Source: Candidatus Aminicenantales bacterium
Lineage (GTDB): Bacteria > Acidobacteriota > Aminicenantia > Aminicenantales > UBA4085
Assembly: GCA_049515535.1 (NCBI GenBank)
Contig: JBEKTZ010000006.1
Coordinates: 1 to 64,000 of the forward strand
Direction of reading: 5' to 3'
DNA: 64,000 nt
Made by a program: the position numbers and the translations under genes. Shown piece by piece: positions 28,647 through 39,156 of the stretch; positions within the stretch are counted from its first letter, which is position 1; the number at the start of each line of letters is the position of its first letter. The notes under the pieces are model-generated. The model did not search any database. It had not been told where the DNA came from and saw only the letters and a program-made list of their open reading frames with translations.

Positions 28647-29876
28647 ATGTATATCCAAAGAACTCTCGACCCTATTATCAGGAAGTATCTCGCCGGACCC
28701 GAATACATCGCGGTCATCGGTGCAAGGCAAGCCGGGAAAACGACGCTGCTTCGCCATATTCAAGAGCAGGTCAAGGATTCGGCGTTTCTGACGTTTGAAG
28801 ACGTCGAACTCCGGATGCTTTTCGACAAGAATGTCAAATCGTTCATTAAACTCCATGTCGAGCCGTTCCGTGTCATATTCATCGATGAGTTTCATTACGC
28901 ACGGAAAGGCGGCCAATCTCTCAAATTTATTTACGACACCGTGCCCGGCAAAAAAATCGTGGTATCGGGATCTTCGGCACTCGACCTTACGGTCTCCGCG
29001 GTCAAGCATCTCGCCGGCCGTATGTTGTCCTTTACTCTCCACCCTTTGTCCTTTCGGGAATTTCTGAGCTACAAGGACCCACGGCTCTTCCGAATCTATG
29101 AAGAAACAGACGGCCGGAGCCGTCTAGAACGGCCGATGCTCGAGAAATTCCAGACCTTACTCGAAGAATTCGTGGTTTTCGGCGGATATCCGCGGGTCGT
29201 CATAGCCAAGGACGATGACGAACGGCGAACTATCCTGAAGAATATATTCAGCATATACCTCTTGAGAGACGTTCGGGATATTCTCGGGCTGATCGATGAT
29301 TATCAGATGCTCGGCCTGGTCAAAGCCTTAGCCCTTCAGGTCGGCAATAGCGTTTCCTGCCACGAGCTGTCCACGCTTCTTCAGCATAAAACGCCGCTTC
29401 TTAAAAAACACCTCAGCCTGTTTGAAAAAACCTTCATTCTGCGATTGTTAAGACCGTACTTCTCTAATAAAAGAACCGAGCTGGTCAAGAATCCGAAAGT
29501 CTATTTCGTGGATACTGGGCTGAGAAACTCAATCATCGGCGATTTCCGGCCTCTTGGACAAAGACCGGATAAAGGCGCGCTCGTCGAGAACCATCATTTT
29601 TCGGAATTTTTAAAGTCGGACCGAGAAGTGAAATACTGGAGGACAAAATCCAAAGCCGAGGTCGATTTCGTCGTCGATGAGCGGTACCCGGTTGAAATCA
29701 AATCGGCCTTGTCGAGACCGGTCGTTGGGAAATCCCTCCACAGCTACATCGAGAAATACGCGCCCGGGAAAGCTTTTGTTTTCAATGACGGCCTTTTCGA
29801 TACCGTGAAAATCGGCCGGACACCGGTCCATTTTATGTATCATTTCGCCGATCTTCCTGGAGACGATAGCCGATAA
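28647..29876 (+). CDS. AAA_14/DUF4143 ATP-binding protein
   Basis: GARQAGKTT, FIDEFH, SGSS, GGYP, PKVYFVDTGL, EVDFV..PVEIK. Confidence 0.92.
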   Translation: MYIQRTLDPIIRKYLAGPEYIAVIGARQAGKTTLLRHIQEQVKDSAFLTFEDVELRMLFDKNVKSFIKLHVEPFRVIFIDEFHYARKGGQSLKFIYDTVPGKKIVVSGSSALDLTVSAVKHLAGRMLSFTLHPLSFREFLSYKDPRLFRIYEETDGRSRLERPMLEKFQTLLEEFVVFGGYPRVVIAKDDDERRTILKNIFSIYLLRDVRDILGLIDDYQMLGLVKALALQVGNSVSCHELSTLLQHKTPLLKKHLSLFEKTFILRLLRPYFSNKRTELVKNPKVYFVDTGLRNSIIGDFRPLGQRPDKGALVENHHFSEFLKSDREVKYWRTKSKAEVDFVVDERYPVEIKSALSRPVVGKSLHSYIEKYAPGKAFVFNDGLFDTVKIGRTPVHFMYHFADLPGDDSR

Positions 29877-29934
29877 AGGCATGATGCTACTTACGGCAAA
29901 ATCCAGCGGTTGTCATTGGGCCTTCTCACATAAC

Positions 29935-31230
29935 TTACAGGACGAGAGGAGAAGCGAAGGCGTCCGCCTTGAGCTTGAGTTTTTTCTTGATTTCGTCCAG
30001 AAAACCGGGGTCGACCGCGACCCCCAGGGCCCGGGCTTTTTGGATATGGTCCCAGGCCTTCTCGTAGGCGCCTTTGCCAAAGTACAGGACGGCGATGTAG
30101 TTGTGAAGCGTCCCGTCGTCAGGATCGAGGGCGGCGGCCCTAAGGAAAAACTCGAGGGCCTCGTCGACCGCCGAGTCGAACATGTTTTTTAGGAGGTACG
30201 CGTAACTTAGGTTGAGGTGGGTTGCCGCGGAGACGAGTCCGAGCTTCTGGGAAAGCAGGATCTCCGCGATCCCCGCATCGGTCTTCCCGCTCTTGAGCAA
30301 GCAGTAGCCGAGGCTCGCATGTGCTTCGGCGAATCCGGGGCGGAGCTCGATGGCTTTCGAAAAGAGGCCCGAGGCCTCCGGGATGAGGCCCTCCTCGAAG
30401 CGGCAGATCCCGAGATTGTAATAGGCCTTTTCGTAGCCGGAGTCGAGCTCGATGGCCCGCGCATATTCCGCGAGGGCCTCCTTGACAAGGCCCTGGTGAT
30501 GAAGGAGATTCCCGCGGACGTTGTGAGGTCCGGGCAGGTCCGGATTGAGCCGGAGAGCGAGTGTGACTTCCGCGAGGGATTTTTCGAACTCCTTTTTCCT
30601 GACATAAACCTCGGCCAAGTTGGAATGGGCGAGGGCAAACGAGGAGTTGAGGGCGATCGCCCTAAGAAAGGCCGATTCCGCATCGCCAAGCCGGCCCGAC
30701 CGCAGGCCGAGCTCGCCGATGTTGTTGTACGCCTCGGCGAAGTTGGGCTTGATCTGGACGGACCGGCGGTAGCAGTCCAGTGCCCCATCGGCGTCGCCGG
30801 TCCTGGCCAAGGCTATCCCCATGTTGTATAGAAACCGGGCGGATTTAGGCCTGGCCTCGAGGATCTTCCGGTAGATTTGGATCGCGTCGTCGACCCGGCC
30901 CTGTCTTCTCAAGATGATTCCCTCGAGGTTCCTTGTCTCCAGGTTCTCCGGGTTGAGTTTCTGAGCGGCCCGGCAGGCGGCCATGGCCTCCTCGTATTCT
31001 TTCTCCTCCAGGTGGATCTGGGCTAAAAGGAAGTGAGCGTCGTCGAGAAAAAAGGATTCCTCCCGTCTTTTCTCTCCGACCAAACCCTGGATCTCGTAAG
31101 CGAACGGCGCCGAACATGTGGCCCATTCATGCTTCAGGATCTGTTGGAGGCCTACGGTATCGCCGGTGAACAGGCCAGGCTTTCTTTAAGCTTGCGAATG
31201 CTATGGCTATCTTCCAGTAACAAAAAAGCT
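29935..31230 (-). pseudogene. Degraded paralog of the metalloprotease-TPR gene at 54887-56944
   Basis: TPR part aligns with the paralog (LDDAHFLLAQI vs LDDAYVLLAQI) but lacks about two TPRs; an upstream frameshifted KHE/MGHMFGAV remnant of the HExGH motif lies at about 31100-31135. Confidence 0.75.
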
Positions 31231-31231
31231 A

Positions 31232-31313
31232 GGGCAAGTCGTTGAGGGTAAACGGGGAAGCGGAGCCGGCGGCTGATTAATGATTCTTAGAGGTGGGTTC
31301 AGAGCCTTCGGGC
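31232..31313 (+). repeat. Family A repeat
   Basis: GGGCAAGTCGTTGAGGG...GCGGAGCCGGCGGCTGATTAATGATTCTTAGAGGTGGGTTCAG. Confidence 0.85.
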
Positions 31314-31449
31314 TCCACGTATGAAAGCCGATCCAGAGCCAGGAGCGGCCGAATCATGGATTTGCCCACCCGCTCGGACTCCGCTTTGGTCTTCGCCGCA
31401 CCCGCGGATCAGGGACCGGAGAGCATAGCGGTCCCCGGGTGTTCCCGCG

Positions 31450-34400
31450 CTATTTCTCCCGCTCGATGACCCATTTTTTGACCATGTTGTAGACGAGCTC
31501 TCTCTTGATCGGCTTGGCGATGTAATCGCTCATGCCCGCTTTCAGGCATTTCTCCTCGTCCTCTTTCATCGCGTCGGCCGTCATGGCGATGATAGGAATG
31601 TTCGTGTATCCCTTCTTCCTGATTTCCCCGGTCGCTTCCCGGCCGTCCATCTCCGGCATGTGGATGTCCATGAATATCAGGGCAAACTTGTCCGGATTAT
31701 TCAGAAACTTTTGGACGGCTTCTTTCCCGGTGTTGGCTACCTCCAGCTGATACCCGGCCTTGGTGAGTATCACCTGGGCCAGCTTCTGGTTGACGGGATT
31801 GTCCTCGGCCAGCAGGATGTGGATTGAGTGCTTGGTTTCCTCCGCCAGGGAATGCTGCGTGATGACCGTCTTTCTTTTTTTCTTTTCCTCGGGGTCGGCC
31901 GCCTCTCCCAGGAGGCGCCGGATCATGGTCAACAGCTTGTAGCGCGGGACCGGCTTGGGCAGGAATCCGTCAAACCCCGATTCCTGGTAAGCCCTGGTTT
32001 GCTTGGTCGCGGACGAGGAAAAGGCGAGCAGGGGAAGATTGGAAATCCGGGGATCCGGGTGATTGCGGATTTGCCTGGTGATTTCATAGCCGCTCATCTC
32101 CGGCAAGTGAATATCCAGAATGCAGATGTCAAATGGGTCTCCTTTTCGGGTTTCTTCTTCGATCGCCGGTAAGACCTGGTTCGCCTTGAGCACTCCGATC
32201 GTGCGCATGTCCGAGCGATGGAGAATATGGGCCAGGATGTTCAAATTGTTTTGGTTGTCGTCGACCATGAGCGCTTTCTTGCCGCCGAGCATCTCCAGTG
32301 GGGGCGTCTTGTCCAGTATTTTCGCCGACTTCTCCAGCCAGGCGGTGAAGTGGAACGTGCTGCCTTTGTCCAATACGCTCTCAGCCCAGACGTCACCTCC
32401 CACGAGGTGCGCGATTTGCTTGCAGATGGCCAGCCCCAATCCCGTTCCCTCGTACTTCCTGGTGGCCGAGCCATCCACCTGGCTGAAGAGCTCGAAAATG
32501 TCCTTCAGCCTATCCTGGGGAATCCCGATGCCAGAGTCGCGGACGGTCGCGTGCAATTTCAGCTTGTCGTCCTTCTCGTCCTCGATTTCCAGGAAGAGCT
32601 CGATCTCGCCTTGGTGGGTGAATTTGGCGGCGTTGCCCATGAGGTTGATCAGCACCTGCCGGATGCGGGCCGGGTCGCTTCTGACGTAGGGCGGAATGTT
32701 GTCGGCAATCCGGCAGAGGATCTCGACCGGTCTGTTTTCCAGCCGGGGCTGGATGAGATGGCAGACGTCGAAGGCCATGATTTCCAGGTCGAAATCGATG
32801 TTTTGGATGGTCATCTGGCCGGCTTCGATTTTGGAAAAGTCGAGAATTTCGTTGATCAGGGCCAGTAACCCCTCACCGCTCTTGGCGATGTTCCGCACAT
32901 AATCGATCTGTTCCTCAGCGAGATCCGTGTCCTGGAGCATGTCGGAAAAGCCGATGATGGAGTTCATCGGCGTTCGGATCTCATGGCTCATCCGCGCCAA
33001 GAACATGCTCTTTGCCTCGTTGGCCGCTTCCGCCGCCCGCCGGGCCTCTTCGGCTCTGGCGTTGGCGTCCTGGAGTTCGATCGTCCGCTCTTTCACCAGC
33101 CGGGTCAGGTGCTTTTCCCTGGCCTTTAACTGCCCGACCCGAACGCGGTATCCGCCGAGGCCCAGCGACACGACGCCCAGGCCGCACAAGACATAGAAGT
33201 ACAACGTTTGATAGAAATACGGCTTTAGATAAAATCCGAAATCGGCCCCGACCTCGTTCCAGACGCCTTCGTTATTACAGGCCGTCACCTTGAAACGATA
33301 GTTGCCCGGAGGAATGTTGGTGTAGTAGGCCGCACGTCTCGTCTCCGCTTCCATCCAATCCTTGTCGAACCCTTCCAGCTTATACTTGAATTTGACCTTA
33401 TCCGGCGCGAGCAGGCTCAAACCGGTATATTGAAACTCAAAGTTCTTGCTGCCCGCCGGCAGACGTGGGCTTCCGCGGAGTTCGACGGCATTCCTGTCCA
33501 CGATGAATTCCTCGATGGTCACCGGCGGGATCACCCGATTCCCCGCCATGTTGGACGGGTCGATGACGACCGCTCCCCTGATCGTGGCAAACCACAGCTT
33601 CCCGTCCCTTGTTTTATACCCGCCGGGAGACGCATGATCGCATTCCTTGCTCTTCATGCCGTCGGCTACGCCATAGGCCGTCGAGGTGATCGAACGGATT
33701 CTCCCCGCTGTGAAATCCTCAAGCTCTCTTTTGCTGACCTTGAAAACTCCGTTGTTGCAGCTCATCCAGAGGTTTTCATTTCCGTCCTCAAGGATCTGGA
33801 ACACATTGTCGTCGTAGAAACCCTGGTTAGTGGTGAAGGCCGTCAGTCGACCCTCTTTGAATCGATTCAGCCCGGCGCTTTGCGTGCCGATCCAGAGGGT
33901 CCCGCTCTTGTCCTCATAAATGCATAAAACGACGAGACCCAACAACTGATCAATTGTGGTGGAGGCGGTCAGCGACCCGCCTTTAAAGAGATTCATGCCG
34001 CCGTTGGTTCCCACCCAGATGCTTCCGTCCCGGGCCTGATAGATGATCCTTATGAAGTTGTTCGTCAGTCCGTCTTTGGTCGTGATCGTGGTGAAGACCC
34101 CGTTCTTCAGCCGGTTCAGGCCCCCGTTGGTCCCAATCCAGAGATTTCCCTCCCGATCCTCATAAAGAGCCCTGACATAATCGTTCACCAGTCCGTTTTT
34201 GGTCGTGATTGTGGAGAACGCCCCATCCTTCAACCGGTTCAAACCACCGCTTGTCCCGATCCAGAGGCATCCATCCCTGCCTTCATAGATGGCTCTTACG
34301 TCATTGGCGGCCAGTCCATCACGTGTGGTGTAGGTTGTGAACCGCCCATCCTTAAGGCGGCTCAGCCCTCCTCCCTCCGTGCCGATCCAGACGCTTCCGT

Positions 34401-35469
34401 CCCGGCTCTCATAGATGGGCCTCACCCGATTGTTCCCAAGCCCTTCCAGGGTGGTAAAGGTCAAAAATTTTCCATCGCTTAACCGGTTCAGCCCGCCGCC
34501 GTTGGTCCCGATCCACAGGCTTCCTTCTCGATCCTCGCCGCAGAGCGACGAGACAATGTCGCTCGACAATCCCTCTTTCGTCGTGAAGGCGGTGAACTTC
34601 CCATTTGCGAATCGGTTCAATCCGCCCCCGTTCGTCCCTATCCACAAGCTTCCGTCCCTGTCTTCACGAACGGCCATCACATTGTTGCTTCTCAGCCCAT
34701 CTCTGGTCGTGTAGACGGCGAATCGTCCGTCTTTGTAACGATTCAAACCTCCGTCTCTCGTCCCAATCCAAAGATTGCCGTTATGGTCTTCATAGAGGGA
34801 CAGGACAACGTTGCTCGACAATCCCTCTTTGGTCGTGAAGACCGTGAAGACCTCGTCTTTGAATCTGGCCAGCCCACCGCCCTCCGTCCCGATCCAGAGC
34901 GTCCCCTTCTGATCCTCAAAAACGACCAGCACATCGTTGCTGGGCAGGCCCTCTTTGACGCCGTAAATCGTGAATCGTCCGTCTTTGAACCGGTTTAATC
35001 CTCCACCTCCCGTGCCGGCCCAGAGGCCGCCATCTTTGCTTCCATAGACCGATCTCACAATGCGGCTCGATAACCCTTCGTCCGTAGAATAATTGGTGAA
35101 TTTCCCATCCTTAAACCGGCTCACCCCTCCGCCGTTGGTGCCGATCCACAAGGTCCCCTGCGCGTCCTCGAACAGCGCGGTTATATAGTTGAGTTTCAAT
35201 CCCGCGATGTTCTTGCTGTTGAAGACCACGAACCGCACGCCGTCAAAACGGACGAGTCCCTCTTGGGTTCCCAACCAAAGATAGCCGTCGCGCGTCTGGA
35301 TCATCGTATTGACCGAGTTCTGCGGCAGACCGCTTTCGGCCTGCCAGACGTTGTGGCTGTATTGGGTGATGGCTTTCTTGGGGTCCAGAGCAAAACTAAA
35401 GGTTGCTTGACTGAATAGGAACATAATGAATAACAGCTTCAGGTAACTGTGATTTCTCATTGAAGTCAT
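31450..35469 (-). CDS. Hybrid sensor histidine kinase (Reg_prop beta-propellers, Y_Y_Y, TM, HisKA, HATPase, two REC domains)
   Basis: Repeated LWIGT.GGGL blades, [41 protein letters not shown], two receiver domains. Confidence 0.95.
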   Translation of the reverse strand: MTSMRNHSYLKLLFIMFLFSQATFSFALDPKKAITQYSHNVWQAESGLPQNSVNTMIQTRDGYLWLGTQEGLVRFDGVRFVVFNSKNIAGLKLNYITALFEDAQGTLWIGTNGGGVSRFKDGKFTNYSTDEGLSSRIVRSVYGSKDGGLWAGTGGGGLNRFKDGRFTIYGVKEGLPSNDVLVVFEDQKGTLWIGTEGGGLARFKDEVFTVFTTKEGLSSNVVLSLYEDHNGNLWIGTRDGGLNRYKDGRFAVYTTRDGLRSNNVMAVREDRDGSLWIGTNGGGLNRFANGKFTAFTTKEGLSSDIVSSLCGEDREGSLWIGTNGGGLNRLSDGKFLTFTTLEGLGNNRVRPIYESRDGSVWIGTEGGGLSRLKDGRFTTYTTRDGLAANDVRAIYEGRDGCLWIGTSGGLNRLKDGAFSTITTKNGLVNDYVRALYEDREGNLWIGTNGGLNRLKNGVFTTITTKDGLTNNFIRIIYQARDGSIWVGTNGGMNLFKGGSLTASTTIDQLLGLVVLCIYEDKSGTLWIGTQSAGLNRFKEGRLTAFTTNQGFYDDNVFQILEDGNENLWMSCNNGVFKVSKRELEDFTAGRIRSITSTAYGVADGMKSKECDHASPGGYKTRDGKLWFATIRGAVVIDPSNMAGNRVIPPVTIEEFIVDRNAVELRGSPRLPAGSKNFEFQYTGLSLLAPDKVKFKYKLEGFDKDWMEAETRRAAYYTNIPPGNYRFKVTACNNEGVWNEVGADFGFYLKPYFYQTLYFYVLCGLGVVSLGLGGYRVRVGQLKAREKHLTRLVKERTIELQDANARAEEARRAAEAANEAKSMFLARMSHEIRTPMNSIIGFSDMLQDTDLAEEQIDYVRNIAKSGEGLLALINEILDFSKIEAGQMTIQNIDFDLEIMAFDVCHLIQPRLENRPVEILCRIADNIPPYVRSDPARIRQVLINLMGNAAKFTHQGEIELFLEIEDEKDDKLKLHATVRDSGIGIPQDRLKDIFELFSQVDGSATRKYEGTGLGLAICKQIAHLVGGDVWAESVLDKGSTFHFTAWLEKSAKILDKTPPLEMLGGKKALMVDDNQNNLNILAHILHRSDMRTIGVLKANQVLPAIEEETRKGDPFDICILDIHLPEMSGYEITRQIRNHPDPRISNLPLLAFSSSATKQTRAYQESGFDGFLPKPVPRYKLLTMIRRLLGEAADPEEKKKRKTVITQHSLAEETKHSIHILLAEDNPVNQKLAQVILTKAGYQLEVANTGKEAVQKFLNNPDKFALIFMDIHMPEMDGREATGEIRKKGYTNIPIIAMTADAMKEDEEKCLKAGMSDYIAKPIKRELVYNMVKKWVIEREK

Positions 35470-35721
35470 TCTATAAAGAGGGAGGAAATCTTTTTAGCGA
35501 AATAGGAATTTCCCTCATCCGGCATACAGCTACTCGGCCCTTAGAGCCAAATAATCATATCAACGATTGCTTTATATCGCCTTCCCATAGTCCATGTCAA
35601 TACTTACCCAGAATGTTGATGGATCAAGAAAGCCGCGTATTTCGAAACGGACCTTGTCTAGCCATGACAATACTCGCCCAAATCCTCCATCACTCTTCCT
35701 CCATTCCTTGATAATCTTGAA

Positions 35722-36480
35722 CCCGAGTTTGACACGGTTAGTCACGCAAAAGGCTCGTAACTCACAGTAATCAAAAAGGATGCGGCATTTTTCTGGGAAA
35801 GGGTCTTGTATCTGGGTTTTGGGGAGGATTATTCCACGGCCAGGACCGAGGGCAATGGATCTATTTTGAGTGTCTTCAATAAGTTGCGAGCATGAAGGCT
35901 GCCTGGAGAGGTCTGATACACTGTTCCGTGAGGCGCCAACAATTGACCAATCTTTATCGACCGCAATTCCTCCCGGAGACACGGCCAAGTGTCCCCGCAC
36001 TCATGCTCCGCGACCCGCTCCAGAAGAAGAGAAAGGACGCAGAGGAACACATGAGAGCGGATACGATCCTGGTTCCGGTGGAAGACCGGCCGGATCTCGG
36101 TCGTCGATTTCATCGTCCGCCACGCTTCTTCCACACGAAGGAGCTGTTTGTAGGCCAGGGCCAAGTCCTCGGGAGAAAGATCACCATCGTTGCTATGGAT
36201 GACCCACATGCCGTCGCGTTCTTCCTTCTCTTGGATGGCCGCCTTCTTCAACCGGAGTTTGCCGTTCTTCAGCCGGCGAACATACGGGCCGAAGCGGCGG
36301 CTCGAGACAAGACGACAGGCGCGCTTGGGATGGGCTTCGAGATTGTCAAGAGATTATATCATTGCTTGTGTATCTATGTTTTTTTGTTTTTTGCCCAGTC
36401 TGAAAAGTATAACTGATTGAATATCAGCCACTTATGATTTAATGAGGGCCTAAAAAGTGCCTATGCGTATCAAACTCGGG
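35722..36480 (-). mobile_element. Internally deleted IS1634-like element (759 bp) with both terminal IRs
   Basis: IRs CCCGAGTTTGACACG / CGTATCAAACTCGGG (14/15); transposase C-terminus only (YKQLLRVEEAWRTMKS..EIRPVFHR..DRIRSHVFLCVL) at 35829 to about 36350. Confidence 0.8.
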
Positions 36481-36570
36481 ATTGTCTATTGAAAATTATT
36501 TCCCGAGATTCTCCATGCTATGCTGCGGCACTGCTTGTTGCCCCCTTCTGTTTCGGGTATCATAGGCTAA

Positions 36571-36777
36571 ATGAATAAAAAGATGTGGGTTCGGATTTCC
36601 AATTCCTTTGAAGAGGCTCAAGCCTTTGATAGAAATTATTATCTCTCCATGAGCCAAGAAGAGCGGCTGGATACCGTCCAAATCTTGCGCGGAAGCGCGG
36701 CGAAGCTTGGAAAGGGGAAAAAGTTTGAGGGTCGAAAAAGACTTCGAAGAGTTATTCGGATTATTCAACAAACATAG
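36571..36777 (+). CDS. Small hypothetical protein, partner of the nucleotidyltransferase
   Basis: SFEEAQAFDRNYYLSMSQEERL; overlaps the next gene. Confidence 0.75.
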   Translation: MNKKMWVRISNSFEEAQAFDRNYYLSMSQEERLDTVQILRGSAAKLGKGKKFEGRKRLRRVIRIIQQT

Positions 36778-37210
36778 CGTCCGCTATTGCATCATCGGCT
36801 CCTATGCCGTCGCCTTCTATGCTAAGCCGAGATATACGAAAGATATCGATATTCTCATAGAGTCCAGCGCAGAGAACAGTATCAGGGTGGTCCGGGCTCT
36901 CAAGGCATTTGGATTCGAGAGCCTTCCGTTGACAGAACGGGATTTCCGGAAAAAAAAGAAAATCATCCAGCTCGGATATGAGCCTCTTAGAATCGACCTG
37001 TTGACTTCGGTCGAAGGGCTCTCTTTTCATCGAATCTGGAAAAACAAGCGACGCGGAGCATATGGGGAAGAGAAAGTCTATTTTATCGGGCTTGAGGACC
37101 TTGCGTCTCTCAAAATGCGATCCTCGCGGCTCCAGGATAAAACCGATCTGGAGATGCTCCAAGAACTCATGAAATCCAAAAAGCGAAAAATAAAGGGGAA
37201 GAGGACTTAG
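36725..37210 (+). CDS. Nucleotidyltransferase-like protein (DUF6036/AbiEii-like)
   Basis: IIGSYAV..Y..PR.TKDIDI, RIDLLT, K....R.QDK.DL; TTG start. Confidence 0.8.
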   Translation: MRVEKDFEELFGLFNKHSVRYCIIGSYAVAFYAKPRYTKDIDILIESSAENSIRVVRALKAFGFESLPLTERDFRKKKKIIQLGYEPLRIDLLTSVEGLSFHRIWKNKRRGAYGEEKVYFIGLEDLASLKMRSSRLQDKTDLEMLQELMKSKKRKIKGKRT

Positions 37211-37313
37211 GAGCCGCTTTTCCCAAAGCTCGCAAGGAGAGCCAAAAGGCGTTTCATTGCGGCTTCGGAAAAAAGGATATGTCTTTGATTTGTGAGGATC
37301 ATGGGGTGAAGGG

Positions 37314-37400
37314 ATGATCGGGAAGACCTTCTCACATTACAAAATCCTCGAGAAACTCGGGGAAGGCGGAATGGGCGTCGTCTATAATTTTGGCCCCTAG
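37314..37400 (+). pseudogene. Ser/Thr kinase N-terminal fragment
   Basis: [24 protein letters not shown] then NFGP*; below the ORF-track size cutoff. Confidence 0.8.
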
Positions 37401-37506
37401 TTCTATTAAAGTACCGCCGCAAATTCCCGGACGTAAGTCCGTGGATGGAGTGAATAGATTTTCAATTATTCTGCGATCGTTCCACATACATCTTCTCACT
37501 TTTTTT

Positions 37507-37715
37507 GATGATCAACATCTTTGGCAAGTCGTCGATGGGGAAAAAGGCGCCGTCGGCTGATTATTGATTTCTGGATATAATTTTAGAACATCCCGGTCAA
37601 GTCGTCTCGGGGAAAAGGAGAGCGGTGCCGGCGGATGAATATTGATTTCTGGATTTAATTCCAGGACACAAAAGGCAAGGAGGAGGAGGGAAAGGGGGGA
37701 AAAGATAGCGGCGCG
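37507..37715 (+). repeat. Family A repeat, tandem of two units
   Basis: Two cores (CTGATTATTGATTTCTGGATATAATTTTAG; ATGAATATTGATTTCTGGATTTAATTCCAG), each bracketed by CAAG boxes. Confidence 0.92.
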
Positions 37716-37740
37716 AGTCGAGCAACCTGCCAATACGCTA

Positions 37741-38250
37741 TTAGCTAAGGTCTTTCTCGTATTCGATCATCTTCTGATTGGGATCCCCCATCCAGGGGAT
37801 TCGCCGGACCTCTAGGAATCCACATGCGACATACATCCGCTGCGCAGGGATAAAGAAAAAGTGGTCATTAGTCGAGGCCTTTGCGATCTTGATGCCGAGC
37901 ATCTGGAATCGCCTGAGAATCTCCTGAATCTGTTGCTTTCCTAATCCGTTTCCCTGGAATTCTGGCAGGATACAGTTGTGTCCGATAATTCCGTATTCTG
38001 GTTTTTGCCGCGGATCCCACGAGCCGAAACCCACAATGTGTCCTTCGAGACGGGTGAGGAAAACGCAGGCGCCGACTGTCTTGGGGTGAACGAATACTTG
38101 CCGGTCGTATTCCTCCCATTTCTCCTCTTCCGACTCCCATCGAGGGTCAAGCTTCAACAACTGCGCATAGCTTGCCCGCAACAGCGTCACGATCGTACCT
38201 GGTTGCTGATCAGAAAGCGTTGCGAAATCCGTATTCATCCCTTTATTCAA
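37741..38250 (-). CDS. GNAT-family N-acetyltransferase
   Basis: HNCILPEFQGNGLGKQ (motif A), PAQRMY..CGF. Confidence 0.88.
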   Translation of the reverse strand: MNKGMNTDFATLSDQQPGTIVTLLRASYAQLLKLDPRWESEEEKWEEYDRQVFVHPKTVGACVFLTRLEGHIVGFGSWDPRQKPEYGIIGHNCILPEFQGNGLGKQQIQEILRRFQMLGIKIAKASTNDHFFFIPAQRMYVACGFLEVRRIPWMGDPNQKMIEYEKDLS

Positions 38251-38397
38251 CTATCTTATCTGTCAAGAGCTCGAGTACGGGCTTAAAGCGAGTTGATCGC
38301 CCGCCTTTTAGAATCCCGCCGATATCGACAGGATGGCACAAAGCGTTGCGGCGATCAAGGTGAGTAGCTCTTCCCTTAAAAATTGTTCACGCAAAAT

Positions 38398-38625
38398 GCA
38401 AAGGAGGGAGAAAGGCGCCAGTGAATGGTTATCGATTTCTGGATATAATTTCTTGACACTCCAGAGCAAGGAGGGGGGAGCGGCGCCGGCGGCTGAATAT
38501 CAATTTTTCTGATGTGGTTTCAGAATGTTCTGGGCAAGGAGGAGAGGGCAAGGGGCGGCGCAGGCGGCTGATTGTCGACTTATGGATTTTATTTCAGAAC
38601 ATCCCGGGCAATGAGGAGGGGGAAG
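38398..38625 (+). repeat. Family A repeat, tandem of three units
   Basis: Three successive cores with a period of roughly 70-75 bp. Confidence 0.92.
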
Positions 38626-38640
38626 ACGAATAAAGGTCGA

Positions 38641-38836
38641 GGCGTCGGCGTATGAATTTCGATTTCCGCCTGTCGCAGAGCAAAAACGATCTAAGCCTCT
38701 GTGAACTTCTTCTTCATCCCAAACTTCTTTCCGAATGCCCGATTTTATCAAAAAAGTCGAATCCGGGATGAACCAGGATCCGGGTGGCGGGCAACAAAAC
38801 TTTACTTGTAGCCGGACCAGTTTTTAGGTGAGGCTC
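38641..38836 (-). mobile_element. IS3-family remnant (left end plus stop-interrupted OrfA start)
   Basis: MKKKFTEA*IVFALRQAE from 38717; IR-like GAGCCTCACCTAAAAACTGGTCCGG. A related end on + lies at about 38367-38398. Confidence 0.7.
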
Positions 38837-39156
38837 CGCATATTCAAAAAGTTACTGACAGAATGGACGAGAAATGGGCGGCATCTACGCGTTGCCATTC
38901 ATTGGCGGTGCCACCATCGTTTTCCTACTTTGGAAGGGCAAGCCGCGCTCATCACCGCCCTGCTGGAGTTCCTCCACGGCGGCCGGGGCCCCGGGCTTTG
39001 CCCGGGGGTCCACTTCCGCCGTACTCGCCCGTGCATATAAGCCACGGGCGAGTGGCGAGCCGAAGGCTCGTCCCTTGACGACTTGAACATGTCGGTTCAC
39101 GCCTTCAAGATGAAGACCAAGGGCGGGGGACGATAAGAGCGGATCGAGAGCGGCGT

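Noticed and set aside
33880..35300. Internal DNA repeats in the hybrid kinase
   Set aside because: Explained by the beta-propeller blade repeats of the protein.
37415..37447. Hairpin CGGAC-GTAA-GTCCG resembling an IS200/IS605 end
   Set aside because: Single short hairpin with no tnpA or tnpB nearby; insufficient support.
37507..38625. Family A arrays as a CRISPR array
   Set aside because: The units are degenerate, the linkers are low-complexity purine tracts of variable length rather than unique spacers, and there are no cas genes in the window.
38828..39100. Overlapping small ORFs between the IS3 end and the GlpX-like gene
   Set aside because: No recognisable motif or consistent reading frame.
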